Shown in pieces: positions 1-10,898 of a DNA stretch of 33,174 nucleotides. The notes beneath the pieces were generated by a model. That model saw only the letters and a program-made list of their open reading frames with translations, was not told the DNA's origin and made no database searches. How positions within the stretch are numbered: position 1 is the first letter of the stretch; every line of letters begins with the position of its first letter. The position numbers and the translations under genes are program-made. The stretch spans positions 1 through 33,174 of the forward strand of contig DIZP01000036.1 of assembly GCA_002429375.1 (NCBI GenBank). The letters are read 5' to 3'. This stretch comes from a bacterium UBA6025. Its GTDB lineage: Bacteria > Patescibacteriota > Saccharimonadia > Saccharimonadales > Saccharimonadaceae.

Positions 1-186
1 TCTTTGCTCCACAGCGTCAAATCTGGCGTGACCGGCATCTGGCAAGTCTCAGGCCGCAGCGAATTATCGTTTGAAGAGCGGATCGAACTCGAGCTCTTCT
101 ATGCCCAAAACTGGACCTTCTGGTTGGATATCAAAATCCTGTTCAAGACCATCGGCGTCGTTTTACGTAAGCGGGGAGCTAAATAA
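1..186 (+). CDS. C-terminal fragment of a polyprenyl-phosphate glycosyl-phosphotransferase (bacterial sugar transferase family, WbaP/EpsL-like initiating enzyme). The 5' end lies outside the window.
   Basis: The frame is open from the window edge. The translation GVTGIWQVSGRSELSFEERIELELFYAQNWTFWLDIKILFKTIGVVLRKRGA matches the conserved C-terminal signature of bacterial sugar transferases. Stop TAA at 184-186. Confidence 0.8.
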   Translation, partial: SLLHSVKSGVTGIWQVSGRSELSFEERIELELFYAQNWTFWLDIKILFKTIGVVLRKRGAK

Positions 187-226
187 ATTTGGAATTAATT
201 AACGCATTAATAGTGGGGTTATCAAA

Positions 227-1387
227 ATGAACTTGCCATCTGCCAAAAGCCATCTTCCAAAAGCCAAACAATCACCCCGCGTGGCGATTGTCGCCGATTG
301 GCTCACCAATATGGGTGGTGCCGAAAATGTCGTGCTGGCGCTGCACGAAGCGTTCCCCGATGCGCCAATCTATACCAGCGTCTATACGCCCGAAACGATG
401 CCGGCGTTCGAAGACCTCGACGTTCGGACGACCCACCTGCAGAACTTATCAGCGCCACTCAGAAAGTTTCACAAGTTTTTTCCAATGTTACGAGTGCGTG
501 CCTTTCGGAAGCTCGACTTATCCGAGTTCGACATCATCATCAGCAGCTCCAGTGCCGAGGCCAAACAGGTACGCAAGACTCGTCCTGACCAGGTTCATAT
601 CTGTTACTGCCACACCCCCATCCGCTATTATTGGAGCCACTACGCCGAATATAAAAAAGATCCCGGCTTTGGTAAACTCAATTGGCTGGTTCGCCTGATA
701 ATGCCTTTAATGATACCGAGCCTCAAAAAAGCCGATTACGCCGCCGCGCAAAAAGTCGATATCTTCATCGCCAACAGTTCCGAAGTTCAAAAACGAATCA
801 AGCAGTACTACAAACGAGCCTCGACGGTCATTCACCCGCCAGTTGACGTCAACCGATTCGAACCCGCCCGCGCCCGTGGCGAATACTACGTGGCCTTAGG
901 CCGTCAGGTACCGTACAAGCGCATCGACCTGGCAGTTGCCGCCGCAACCCAACTGGGCATTCAACTGCGCGTCTATGGCAACGGCAGCGAACACAAACAC
1001 CTGGTGGCTATGGCTGGCCCCACCGTACGATTTTTTACCGATCGTTTTGGTGACGCCTCCGACATCGCCGTGGCCACCGCCCTCAGCCGGGCCAAGGGTT
1101 ATCTCTTTCCAGCCGAAGAAGACTTTGGCATCGTTCAGGTCGAGGCACTGGCGGCCGGCGCTCCCGTTATCGCCTACGCCAAGGGCGGCACGCTCGATAT
1201 CATCCAAGACGACGAAAGCGGGGTGTTGTTCAGGCACCAAACCGTCGCCTCACTGGTGGCGGCGATTAAAAAAGCCGAGGCGGCAACGTTCCTGCCCGGA
1301 ACGTTGCGCCGCAAGGCCAAACGGTTCGACAAAGGCCTGTTCATTACCAAAATCCATAAGATTGTCAGCGATCAACTGACCGACTAA
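227..1387 (+). CDS. Glycosyltransferase, GT-B fold, family 4-like (retaining)
   Basis: 386-aa ORF. The C-terminal EDFGIVQVEALAAGAPVIAYAKGG matches the E-x7-E motif region typical of GT4 enzymes. Confidence 0.8.
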   Translation: MNLPSAKSHLPKAKQSPRVAIVADWLTNMGGAENVVLALHEAFPDAPIYTSVYTPETMPAFEDLDVRTTHLQNLSAPLRKFHKFFPMLRVRAFRKLDLSEFDIIISSSSAEAKQVRKTRPDQVHICYCHTPIRYYWSHYAEYKKDPGFGKLNWLVRLIMPLMIPSLKKADYAAAQKVDIFIANSSEVQKRIKQYYKRASTVIHPPVDVNRFEPARARGEYYVALGRQVPYKRIDLAVAAATQLGIQLRVYGNGSEHKHLVAMAGPTVRFFTDRFGDASDIAVATALSRAKGYLFPAEEDFGIVQVEALAAGAPVIAYAKGGTLDIIQDDESGVLFRHQTVASLVAAIKKAEAATFLPGTLRRKAKRFDKGLFITKIHKIVSDQLTD

Positions 1388-1454
1388 CCGGCCGACAGCA
1401 CCCTACTCTACTCAACTTAACTTAAGGAATCACGTTTACACTGAGACAAAGTTT

Positions 1455-2957
1455 ATGACCAATAAAATTACACAGCGGATATCTAGCATCCTAGGCTCCA
1501 AGAAATTCTTCGCAGCCTTCATAATTCTGTTTGCCGTCCAGGCCCTCTGGATGGCCATCAACGTCCAGTATCCGATGGCCTTTGACGAGAGCTACCACTT
1601 CGGCATCATCCAGATCTATTCTCACCAATGGTCGCCGTTCATCTCGACGCTTTCCGAGCACTACTCCAGCGGTTACGGTGATCTGACCCGCTACGACTCC
1701 TACCTGTACCATTACCTGATGAGCTTTCCGCTTCGTTTGATCGCTCTGTTTACCGATGTCCAGGTCGTTCAGATTATTTTACTTCGCCTGGTCAACATTG
1801 CCATATTTATCACTGGCCTGTTCATGTTCCGGCGCCTGTTTCGCCAAGTCCACATCTCCGATCGCCTGACCAATTTCGCACTGCTGGCGCTGACCCTGAT
1901 TCCAACTGTCCCGTTTCTGGCGGCTACCATCAACTACGATAACTTGGTCTTTTTGATGGTAGCGGTAGTCACGAGCCTGGCGATTACCTGTAGTAACGCC
2001 ATAACTAAACACAGACGACTCCCGGCCACCAGTTTCCTGCTGTTACTGACTCTCGGCAGCCTGGCCACCCTGGTCAAGTACGCCTTTGCACCCGTTATTG
2101 CCGCCATCATGATATATCTTCTAGTTCTCGTTATTCGAACGCCTTCCAAAGCCGGCCTGTGGCTCAGCCTAGTCGGCTCTTTCAAGTCGCTAGACCGCGG
2201 CCTCCAGGTAGGCCTAGTAGTCGCAGTCCTGCTGGGCGGAGGTCTGTTCGTCGAACGATATGGTGTCAATCTGGTCCAATACCACAGCCTGGCGCCAGAT
2301 TGCAGCGACGTCCAAGAGCTACCAAGCTGCCTCCAGTATGGCCCATGGGGGCGGAACTACCAGCTGGCAACCAACGTCAAAGCCAATAACCCGCCACTTG
2401 ACCCTCCCATCGCCAAATTCCCGCAGGTCTGGACGGGTGACATGTTATACCGGCTGTATTTTGCCATCGATCGAAATTTTAAGGAGTACCCGCCTCTTCT
2501 GATCCCGGTCCTAGTGGCTGGGGTGGTCGGACTGAGTGGTGTCGTGCTTAGTCTGGTATATTGGCGCTCCATCCTGGCTACCGACCGGCACCTGTTGCTG
2601 TTCATGGCCATCGCCGGACTATACCTGCTCAGCCTCCTCTATGACAACTTTTCTGAGTACCTCCAATACCATACCTTGGTGGCCGTCAACGGCCGCTACG
2701 CCATAGTCATTCTACCGCTGGTTTTAGTCTGGCTGGGTCTGGCCTACCGGCGGTTTTTTACCACCATCTTCAAAGTCCAGACCAAAGTGGCCGTACCGCT
2801 GGCCTCGGCGCTACTGATTTTGCTACTTCTCCAAGGCGGCGGCGTGGCCGACTTCCTAGTCAACAGCCAGACCAGTGATTATTGGGACAATCAGACGGTG
2901 GTCGATATTAACCTAGGACTCCAAAAAGCGGCCACGCCATTCGTACTGGGCCGGTAG
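1455..2957 (+). CDS. Polytopic membrane protein, GT-C-like (ArnT/PMT-type) glycosyltransferase candidate
   Basis: 500-aa ORF with many hydrophobic helices. An acidic motif (PMAFDESYHF) follows the first helix, where GT-C enzymes carry their DE/DxD motif. It sits next to a GT2 and a flippase-like gene. Confidence 0.55.
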   Translation: MTNKITQRISSILGSKKFFAAFIILFAVQALWMAINVQYPMAFDESYHFGIIQIYSHQWSPFISTLSEHYSSGYGDLTRYDSYLYHYLMSFPLRLIALFTDVQVVQIILLRLVNIAIFITGLFMFRRLFRQVHISDRLTNFALLALTLIPTVPFLAATINYDNLVFLMVAVVTSLAITCSNAITKHRRLPATSFLLLLTLGSLATLVKYAFAPVIAAIMIYLLVLVIRTPSKAGLWLSLVGSFKSLDRGLQVGLVVAVLLGGGLFVERYGVNLVQYHSLAPDCSDVQELPSCLQYGPWGRNYQLATNVKANNPPLDPPIAKFPQVWTGDMLYRLYFAIDRNFKEYPPLLIPVLVAGVVGLSGVVLSLVYWRSILATDRHLLLFMAIAGLYLLSLLYDNFSEYLQYHTLVAVNGRYAIVILPLVLVWLGLAYRRFFTTIFKVQTKVAVPLASALLILLLLQGGGVADFLVNSQTSDYWDNQTVVDINLGLQKAATPFVLGR

Positions 2958-2984
2958 CCATGGCGCCGACCTATAACCTCGAGG

Positions 2985-2993
2985 TGTTATACT
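2985..2993 (+). promoter_or_regulatory. Extended -10 promoter element TGTTATACT upstream of the GT2 gene
   Basis: TGnTATACT lies 14 nt upstream of the ATG at 3008. The same 9-mer family recurs at 27726 and 30218. Confidence 0.35.
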
Positions 2994-3007
2994 AGAAACC
3001 AGATTTT

Positions 3008-3949
3008 ATGAAAGTATTTGTCCAAATCCCCTGCCTAAATGAAGAAGACACCCTGGAGTCAGTTGTTAAGTCGATTCCAGCCAAGATCAAACACGTCGAT
3101 GAGGTCGTAATCTTGATAATCGACGACGGCTCGAGCGATGGCACCCTCAAGGTCGCTAAGCGGCTGGGTGTCAAGGATTTCGTGATCCATACCCGTAACA
3201 TGGGGCTGGCCCGGTCATTTCGCGACGGCGTCGACTACGCCCTGTCCCACGGTGCCGATATCGTCGTCAACACCGACGGCGACAACCAATACCCCCAAGC
3301 CCGCATCGCCGACCTAGTCCAGCCGATTATCGCCGGCCAAGCCGATATTGTCATCGGCGATCGGCAAGTCTACCAAATCGCCCATTTTTCACCATTTAAA
3401 AAACTGATGCAACGGTTCGGTAGCTTCATCGTTAACAAAGCCGCCGGTACCAACGTGCCCGATGCCGCCAGCGGCTTCCGGGCCTACTCCCGCCAATCGC
3501 TGTATCGCCTGAATATCGTCACCCAGTTCAGTTATTGCATGGAGACGATTATTCAAGCTGGCAACAAGGGCCTACGATTGTCGAGCGTGGCGATTGAAAC
3601 CAATCCCAAAACCCGTGAATCGCGCCTATTTAAAAATACCGCCCAACACATTATGAAGTCAGCCGAAGCCATTATCCGCAGCTATCTGATGTACAAACCT
3701 TACATCGCTTTCAATGCCCTCGGTATTTTGTTCGCCATTGCCGGTGTCATCCCGTTTATTAACTTCGGTTTAGCTGTGCTGCGCGGTGACTCTGATGGCC
3801 ACGTCCAGTCGCTGGTGTTCGGCTCGGCCATGCTGGTCGGCGCGCTGCTGTCGTTCGCCCTGCTCATCATCTCTGACCTGCTCCGCATCAACCGTACCTT
3901 AATCGAAGATCAGACCGAGCGCCTAAGGGAAATCCAATATAAAAAGTAA
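3008..3949 (+). CDS. GT2 glycosyltransferase, polyprenyl-phosphate sugar synthase type (DPM1/GtrB/ArnC-like) with C-terminal transmembrane helices
   Basis: 313 aa. VFVQIPCLNEE...IIDDGSSDGT...NTDGDNQY match GT2 N-terminal and DxD motifs. The C-terminus is hydrophobic (FNALGILFAIAGVIPF..., LVGALLSFALLIISDLL). Confidence 0.8.
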   Translation: MKVFVQIPCLNEEDTLESVVKSIPAKIKHVDEVVILIIDDGSSDGTLKVAKRLGVKDFVIHTRNMGLARSFRDGVDYALSHGADIVVNTDGDNQYPQARIADLVQPIIAGQADIVIGDRQVYQIAHFSPFKKLMQRFGSFIVNKAAGTNVPDAASGFRAYSRQSLYRLNIVTQFSYCMETIIQAGNKGLRLSSVAIETNPKTRESRLFKNTAQHIMKSAEAIIRSYLMYKPYIAFNALGILFAIAGVIPFINFGLAVLRGDSDGHVQSLVFGSAMLVGALLSFALLIISDLLRINRTLIEDQTERLREIQYKK

Positions 3950-3959
3950 GCGATAATCT

Positions 3960-4883
3960 ATGTCACAAACTTTTTTACCAAAACTTACCACCGTCGCCCA
4001 AACCGTATCGCGCTCACCGCTAGTTCGATTAGTGCGACGCCATAAACGCTTGTTGGCCAGCTTAATTATTTTGGCCTTTTTTATATTTATTGGCTACTAC
4101 TTGATAGCCAACCCCCAAATTATCCAAAACATCCTCCATATCGGCTACGCCAATACTATATCAATCATCGGTGGATACACAGCGGTTTTGCTAACCAACG
4201 TCGGTATTATGTACGCCACCATCCGCTTATGTAAGAAAAAATTGCCACTTAAAAGCGGCACCCTCTTGATGATCTATTCCAGCGTCATCAATTTCTTCGG
4301 ACCGCTCCAAAGTGGGCCAGGTGTGCGAGCAGTTTATTTAAAGGCCAAGACCGGCTTGCGGATCCGTGATTTTACCTATGCTATGTTGTTTTACTACTTC
4401 TCGTTTGCAGCCCTTAACACCTCGCTATTATTTGTTAATACTATGCCGTGGCTGAGCCTACTTGGCGTTGTCCTGGCGATTGCCATGCTGGCAGCTGGGA
4501 CTTATAAATTCGCCTCTAGTTTTCTTAAAAAATATATCATCTATATCTTTGCGCTGTCGGCTGTTCAAATTGTATTTCTGATTGGTATCTACGCGGTCGA
4601 GCTAGGCGCCGTTAACCCAGCGGTCCACTATAGCCTAGCCCAAATAGCGGCTTTCACGGCCAGCGCCAACCTGTCGTTGTTTGTCTCGCTCACACCGGGG
4701 GCAATTGGTATTCGTGAAGCTTTCCTGATTTTCTCACAGTCGCTCCACCACATACCGCTCAGTGCCATCGTAGCCGTCGGTATCGTCGATCGGGCAATCT
4801 ATGTGGTCTTTTTGGCTCTGCTGTTCGTGCTGTCTAGCAGCCTCCATCTACGCGATATGTTTATTGGTAAGCAACAGCTCTAG
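3960..4883 (+). CDS. Flippase-like integral membrane protein (UPF0104 / LPG_synthase_TM family-like)
   Basis: 307 aa, multi-pass hydrophobic. The C-terminal TPGAIGIREA motif is characteristic of this family. It is placed between a GT2 and other glycosyltransferases. Confidence 0.5.
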   Translation: MSQTFLPKLTTVAQTVSRSPLVRLVRRHKRLLASLIILAFFIFIGYYLIANPQIIQNILHIGYANTISIIGGYTAVLLTNVGIMYATIRLCKKKLPLKSGTLLMIYSSVINFFGPLQSGPGVRAVYLKAKTGLRIRDFTYAMLFYYFSFAALNTSLLFVNTMPWLSLLGVVLAIAMLAAGTYKFASSFLKKYIIYIFALSAVQIVFLIGIYAVELGAVNPAVHYSLAQIAAFTASANLSLFVSLTPGAIGIREAFLIFSQSLHHIPLSAIVAVGIVDRAIYVVFLALLFVLSSSLHLRDMFIGKQQL

Positions 4884-5927
4884 CTGCTCTACTAAAACTT
4901 TATTTGAAAGTTTATCTTGGTATAGTTGTTCGCCAGCCTGGCCAATCTTGGCAAGCTCAGCTGGGTGCTGTTGGGCCCATATAACGGCGTCCGCCAAGGC
5001 TTGCGGATTGGCCCGTTCGACAATCAGGGCATCCTGTTTGTCTGTCCACAGGCCAGATTCTAAATTGTGCCCTATAATAACTGGTCGGCCCATCCGCATA
5101 TACTGATAGGTTTTGCCGCCAATCACAAACTGGGCCTGGACACTGTCGCCAAACGGACCGGCCAAACAGACGTCGGATACCTGCATATAATCTCGCAGTT
5201 CTTCGATTGGGACCCACTTTTTGTGCACGATTGCGACCCCATCGTGTTGGGCTTGCTCGATAATAGATTTTGCCTTGTCTTTTCCACCGACCAAGGTCAG
5301 CCTGATGTCCTGGTCTTTCAACAGGCGCATCGCCGCGATGATGGTATCCAGTCCCTGGAGCGGTGTCATCATGAGGCCGTAATAAAAAACGTTAAATGGC
5401 CGCGATGTTCGCGTTTTTAGCGCAGGCGACAGACCGAATGTTTTCTCGTCGGTACTGACAATTAACGGAACGTACTTATCGAGCGGCAACCTCATCAGTT
5501 CGGCCGAATATCGAGCGTGTGAAGCCGAATCGGTGACAATCAGATTGGTTGATTTAAGCCAAAATCGATAGATATTGTGCAAGATTTTAGCCGCCATATT
5601 GTCAGGATTCAATTTGTGATGTTCGTACACCACCCATTCAATCAGGTTAATAAACTCGTCAAAAATAAGCGGCTTACCCAACGTTGCCAAGCGGACGAAC
5701 GGCAGCATCTCGTAGCCCCGAAAGGTCAAAAAGTATAGATCTGGACGCTGCCGAATACGAGCGACCAGCAGCTTCCACATTACCTCCGGATAGCGCAATA
5801 GTCCCTTGTGCCGATTCTTGATAATGATCAACTCGACCCCATCAATGGCTCCAAAGGCCGTCCGCAGCGTCTTAGCCCGAATGTAATCAGGTTGGTTGTA
5901 GCAGGTTATTAAACAGATTTTTTTCAC
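4848..5927 (-). CDS. Glycosyltransferase, GT-B fold (GT1/GT4-like)
   Basis: 359-aa ORF. The C-terminal half has the GT-B pattern (VCLAGPFGDS...GGKTYQYMRMGRPVIIGHN). Its 3' end overlaps the convergent 3960-4883 gene by 36 bp. Confidence 0.6.
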   Translation of the reverse strand: MKKICLITCYNQPDYIRAKTLRTAFGAIDGVELIIIKNRHKGLLRYPEVMWKLLVARIRQRPDLYFLTFRGYEMLPFVRLATLGKPLIFDEFINLIEWVVYEHHKLNPDNMAAKILHNIYRFWLKSTNLIVTDSASHARYSAELMRLPLDKYVPLIVSTDEKTFGLSPALKTRTSRPFNVFYYGLMMTPLQGLDTIIAAMRLLKDQDIRLTLVGGKDKAKSIIEQAQHDGVAIVHKKWVPIEELRDYMQVSDVCLAGPFGDSVQAQFVIGGKTYQYMRMGRPVIIGHNLESGLWTDKQDALIVERANPQALADAVIWAQQHPAELAKIGQAGEQLYQDKLSNKVLVEQLELLLTNKHIA

Positions 5928-6005
5928 TTAAAACTATTATACTTTATCTCCACATTACACCTACTATCTACCCTCTACTACTTTCCACCTACCAAATCCC
6001 ACTCA

Positions 6006-6014
6006 TGCTATAAT
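6006..6014 (+). promoter_or_regulatory. Extended -10 element TGCTATAAT giving a near-leaderless pilin transcript
   Basis: The TATAAT hexamer is at 6009-6014, so the predicted +1 is about 6021, only 3 nt before the ATG at 6024. No Shine-Dalgarno sequence is present. Confidence 0.45.
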
Positions 6015-6023
6015 TTAATAACT

Positions 6024-6770
6024 ATGTGGGCGAAACAAAAAGGATTTACGATTGTCGAACTTCTAATTGTTATTGTCGTGATTGGCATCTTGGCGGCAAT
6101 CAGTATCGTCGCCTACAACGGCATCCAGCAGCGTGCTCAAACAGCGACGCTCATGTCGGATCTCGACAACGCCGCAAAGCAGCTTAAAATTGACCAGACG
6201 ATTAACATGATCTACCCGGCAACCGTTGCCGCCGCTAATAGCGGTCAGGGTCTCAAGGCAAGCCAGGGTGTTACTTACCGTTACAGTGTCGATAACATCA
6301 GCACGCCACACACCTTTTGTCTGGCGGCGCTCTACGGGTCTTCGATCATCTATTCGATTACAGAATCGGGTGCCCCTAACCCGGGCAGTTGTGTTAATCT
6401 CGCCTATGGTGCCAGCTCGCCAAGCGCTCTCCTCACCGACGGTAACACCGCAACGAATCCATACTACAGCCTAGGTGTTGGGCTTCAATCAGTCACCGTT
6501 GACCTTGGCTCGATCCAAGACGTCTCTATGATTAAGATTTGGCACTACTATTCAGATGGCCGCACCTACTTCGCCACCAAAACTGAAGTCAGTACCGATA
6601 ATATTAGCTGGTCGACGGTTTATGACAGCGCGGTATCTGGCACCTACGCAGAAAACTCGACTGGAAAAACCCACAACTTCTCAATGACAAAAGTTCGCTA
6701 CGTCCGTGACTGGTTAAATGGCTCGACTAGTAATACCGGCAATCACTGGGTTGAAATTCAAGCCTACTAA
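6024..6770 (+). CDS. Type IV pilin-like protein (prepilin N-terminal cleavage/methylation motif) fused to a C-terminal discoidin / F5-8 type C-like carbohydrate-binding domain
   Basis: The N-terminus KGFTIVELLIVIVVIGILAAISIVAYNG is the class III signal G/FTxxE plus hydrophobic helix. The C-terminus (ASSPSALLTDGNTAT...VTVDLGSIQDVSMIKIWHYYSDGRTY...VSTDNISWSTVY...VRYVRDW...NHWVEIQAY) follows the discoidin-domain pattern. Confidence 0.8.
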   Translation: MWAKQKGFTIVELLIVIVVIGILAAISIVAYNGIQQRAQTATLMSDLDNAAKQLKIDQTINMIYPATVAAANSGQGLKASQGVTYRYSVDNISTPHTFCLAALYGSSIIYSITESGAPNPGSCVNLAYGASSPSALLTDGNTATNPYYSLGVGLQSVTVDLGSIQDVSMIKIWHYYSDGRTYFATKTEVSTDNISWSTVYDSAVSGTYAENSTGKTHNFSMTKVRYVRDWLNGSTSNTGNHWVEIQAY

Positions 6771-6829
6771 CTACTCTGCGCCGCACAACCGGCCTACTTC
6801 CACAATATTCCACCTACCAACTCTGTAAT

Positions 6830-8650
6830 TTATTCGACCGTCACGCTCTTGGCAAGATTCCGTGGCTGATCAACGTCGTTACCCCGATTCACGGCTACGT
6901 AGTAGGCAAACAGCTGCTGGACGACGTTAATGACGATTGGCGCCAAAAGGATCAGCTTGGTATCGATCCGCAGGACCGACTCGGCCTCGATATCCTTGCC
7001 ACTATTGGTAATAGCCAGGACGTGACCGCCACGGGCATTGACCTCGGATAGGGCACTCAGGCTTTTGTCGAACAACCAGTTATCCAGTAATAAGGCAACT
7101 TCAAAGAAGCTGTCGTCAACCAGCGCAATTGGACCATGCTTCAGTTCACCGGCGGCATAGCCTTCAGCTTGGATATACGAGATTTCCTTTAGCTTCAATG
7201 CGCCTTCGAGCGCGACAGGAAAGAGTGTGTCACGTCCAAAGTAAAGGGCATGGTTGTAATGGGCGTACTTCTTGGCAACTTCTGCAATTTGGTCTTTATA
7301 GTTGGCAATCACCGCTTCAATTTCATCGGGCAGTTGGTCTAATTCTTCGATGTAGCTGGCGGTGTCTTGCACTCCTACTCCCTTTGCCTGAGCTACCTGA
7401 ATACCAAACATGACCATGGCCGCCACTTGTGAGGTAAAGGCCTTAGTAGAGGCGACAGATATCTCTGGACCGGCATGAACGTAGACTCCACCATCGACTT
7501 CACGGGCGATTGTCGAACCAACGGCGTTAATGATACCCAGCGTCTTGACACCGCGCCGCTTAATCTCACGCAGACAAGCCAAGGTATCGGCCGTTTCACC
7601 GGACTGAGAAACTACCAAGACGACGGTATTTTTAGGCAGATGGAATGAACGGTAGCGAAGTTCCGAAGCCGTGGCGACGTCAATCGTTAGTCCGTCAACC
7701 AGTTGCTCTAGGTAGTACGAGCTCAGAAGCCCGGCGTAATAAGCCGTGCCACAGCCAATGATTGTGACGTGTTCGATTTCTCTAAGTTCCTCGGTACTTA
7801 AATTCAAACCGCCCAATTTGATCAGTTTATCCTTTACGTTAACCCGCCCGCTAAGGGTTGAACGTAATGTTTGGGGTTGTTCGCTAATTTCTTTCAACAA
7901 GAAATGGTCGTAACCTTGTTTTTGAATGGCTTGCATGTCGACTTCAATTGTTTCGACACGGGCCGAAATCGGTTGGGCGCTCATATCCTGCAGCTCAACA
8001 CCGTCGCGTCGGCAAACGGCAATTTCACCATCGTTCAAGTAAATCGCCTGGTCAGTATGACCGACTAGCGCCGAGGCGTCACTGGCAATAATCGTCTCGT
8101 CGTCATTGACGCCGATAATCAGCGGGCTACCCATACGGGCCACGATAATTACGTCCGGCTCACGGGTTGATACGACCGCGATCCCATAAGTGCCGACGAC
8201 AAGCTTGAGGGCCTGGGTGACCGCATCAACTAACAACGTGTCCTTGTCGTACAGAGAATCGACCAAGGCCGCCAAGACCTCAGTGTCGGTTTGACTAATA
8301 AAACTATGGTCCTTCAGCTCGGCCTTTAACTCTTTATAATTCTCGATAATACCGTTGTGAACCAGGTATATATCGCCTGCTTTATGAGGATGGGCATTCG
8401 TCTCAGATGGCTCACCGTGTGTCGCCCATCTGGTATGACCAATACCAACCGTGTCTTTATTCTCGTGCGATGAAACCAATTTGTCTAATTCATTGACTTT
8501 GCCTTTTGCCCGCAACAACGTTGCCTGGTTATTATCCCCTAGCGTCACGATGCCAGCCGAGTCATAGCCGCGATACTCCAACCGTCGCAGACCACTCGTT
8601 AAAACACTTTGCGCTTCACGTTCACCGATGTATCCGACGATTCCACACAC
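6830..8650 (-). CDS. glmS: Glutamine--fructose-6-phosphate aminotransferase (isomerizing)
   Basis: 606 aa. GTG start gives MCGIVGYIG (catalytic Cys2). SIS-domain motifs are present and the protein ends ...LAKSVTVE. An AGGGAG Shine-Dalgarno lies upstream. Confidence 0.95.
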   Translation of the reverse strand: MCGIVGYIGEREAQSVLTSGLRRLEYRGYDSAGIVTLGDNNQATLLRAKGKVNELDKLVSSHENKDTVGIGHTRWATHGEPSETNAHPHKAGDIYLVHNGIIENYKELKAELKDHSFISQTDTEVLAALVDSLYDKDTLLVDAVTQALKLVVGTYGIAVVSTREPDVIIVARMGSPLIIGVNDDETIIASDASALVGHTDQAIYLNDGEIAVCRRDGVELQDMSAQPISARVETIEVDMQAIQKQGYDHFLLKEISEQPQTLRSTLSGRVNVKDKLIKLGGLNLSTEELREIEHVTIIGCGTAYYAGLLSSYYLEQLVDGLTIDVATASELRYRSFHLPKNTVVLVVSQSGETADTLACLREIKRRGVKTLGIINAVGSTIAREVDGGVYVHAGPEISVASTKAFTSQVAAMVMFGIQVAQAKGVGVQDTASYIEELDQLPDEIEAVIANYKDQIAEVAKKYAHYNHALYFGRDTLFPVALEGALKLKEISYIQAEGYAAGELKHGPIALVDDSFFEVALLLDNWLFDKSLSALSEVNARGGHVLAITNSGKDIEAESVLRIDTKLILLAPIVINVVQQLFAYYVAVNRGNDVDQPRNLAKSVTVE

Positions 8651-8684
8651 ACTGCACTCCCTAAACTGTTATGTTAGTAAAAAT

Positions 8685-9134
8685 TTATTTCTTATGACCG
8701 AGCGCTTGATTGATTCGAGTTGACGAGTCGGCCTTTACGATACCACGAATGTCAGTGCCAACTCCGAAAACCATCTTGATATTATATTCTTTACATACCT
8801 CAGTTTCCGGTATCGCTTTCTCCGAGTCCCTGTCTCCACCATTGGCAAATATAAGTTCTTCGTCTGGATATTTTTTAGCAATCAGCTTTAGTGTTTCTAT
8901 AACCGGAGGATCCTGATCCACTGCTATCATGACTTCGTCAACATATTTCAGGGCAGTTACTAGTCGGGCTCGGTTCTGCTGGCTCAAAATGATTTTGTCT
9001 TTTTTCAAGACCTGCTGAACGTCATTATTAACCACCACGATTAGTCGATTGCCAAGTTTGGCGGCGGCTTCAACCATATCCAGATGACCGCCATGCAGTG
9101 GATTGAAGAAGCCACTAATTATTACTGTTTTCAT
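8685..9134 (-). CDS. Cytidylyltransferase-fold nucleotidyltransferase (TagD / RfaE domain II-like sugar- or glycerol-phosphate nucleotidyltransferase)
   Basis: 149 aa. The N-terminal GFFNPLHGGHLDM is the HxGH motif of the cytidylyltransferase family. An AGGAG Shine-Dalgarno precedes the ATG. Confidence 0.65.
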   Translation of the reverse strand: MKTVIISGFFNPLHGGHLDMVEAAAKLGNRLIVVVNNDVQQVLKKDKIILSQQNRARLVTALKYVDEVMIAVDQDPPVIETLKLIAKKYPDEELIFANGGDRDSEKAIPETEVCKEYNIKMVFGVGTDIRGIVKADSSTRINQALGHKK

Positions 9135-9319
9135 CGAAAGCTCCTATATTATTTATCTAATCTACACAACGGCATACAGGATAGCGACGGACCGTCGGAC
9201 ACTCTAGGGTCAAAAGTGGCCAGAGACGAGTTCCAGACCCGCCAGCAATAATTACTGTAATCATTGTTCCATTATACGGTACATACCCAGCCCTCGGCTA
9301 CTTATGGTTAAATAAGGCT

Positions 9320-10897
<1,578 letters not shown>

Positions 10898-10898
<1 letters not shown>

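Noticed and set aside
9135-9319. 185-bp intergenic region between the cytidylyltransferase and NUDIX genes, examined for a tRNA or small RNA
   Set aside because: It has no tRNA-like T-loop or acceptor features and only a short palindrome (CGACGGACCGTCG). It is most simply a divergent promoter region.
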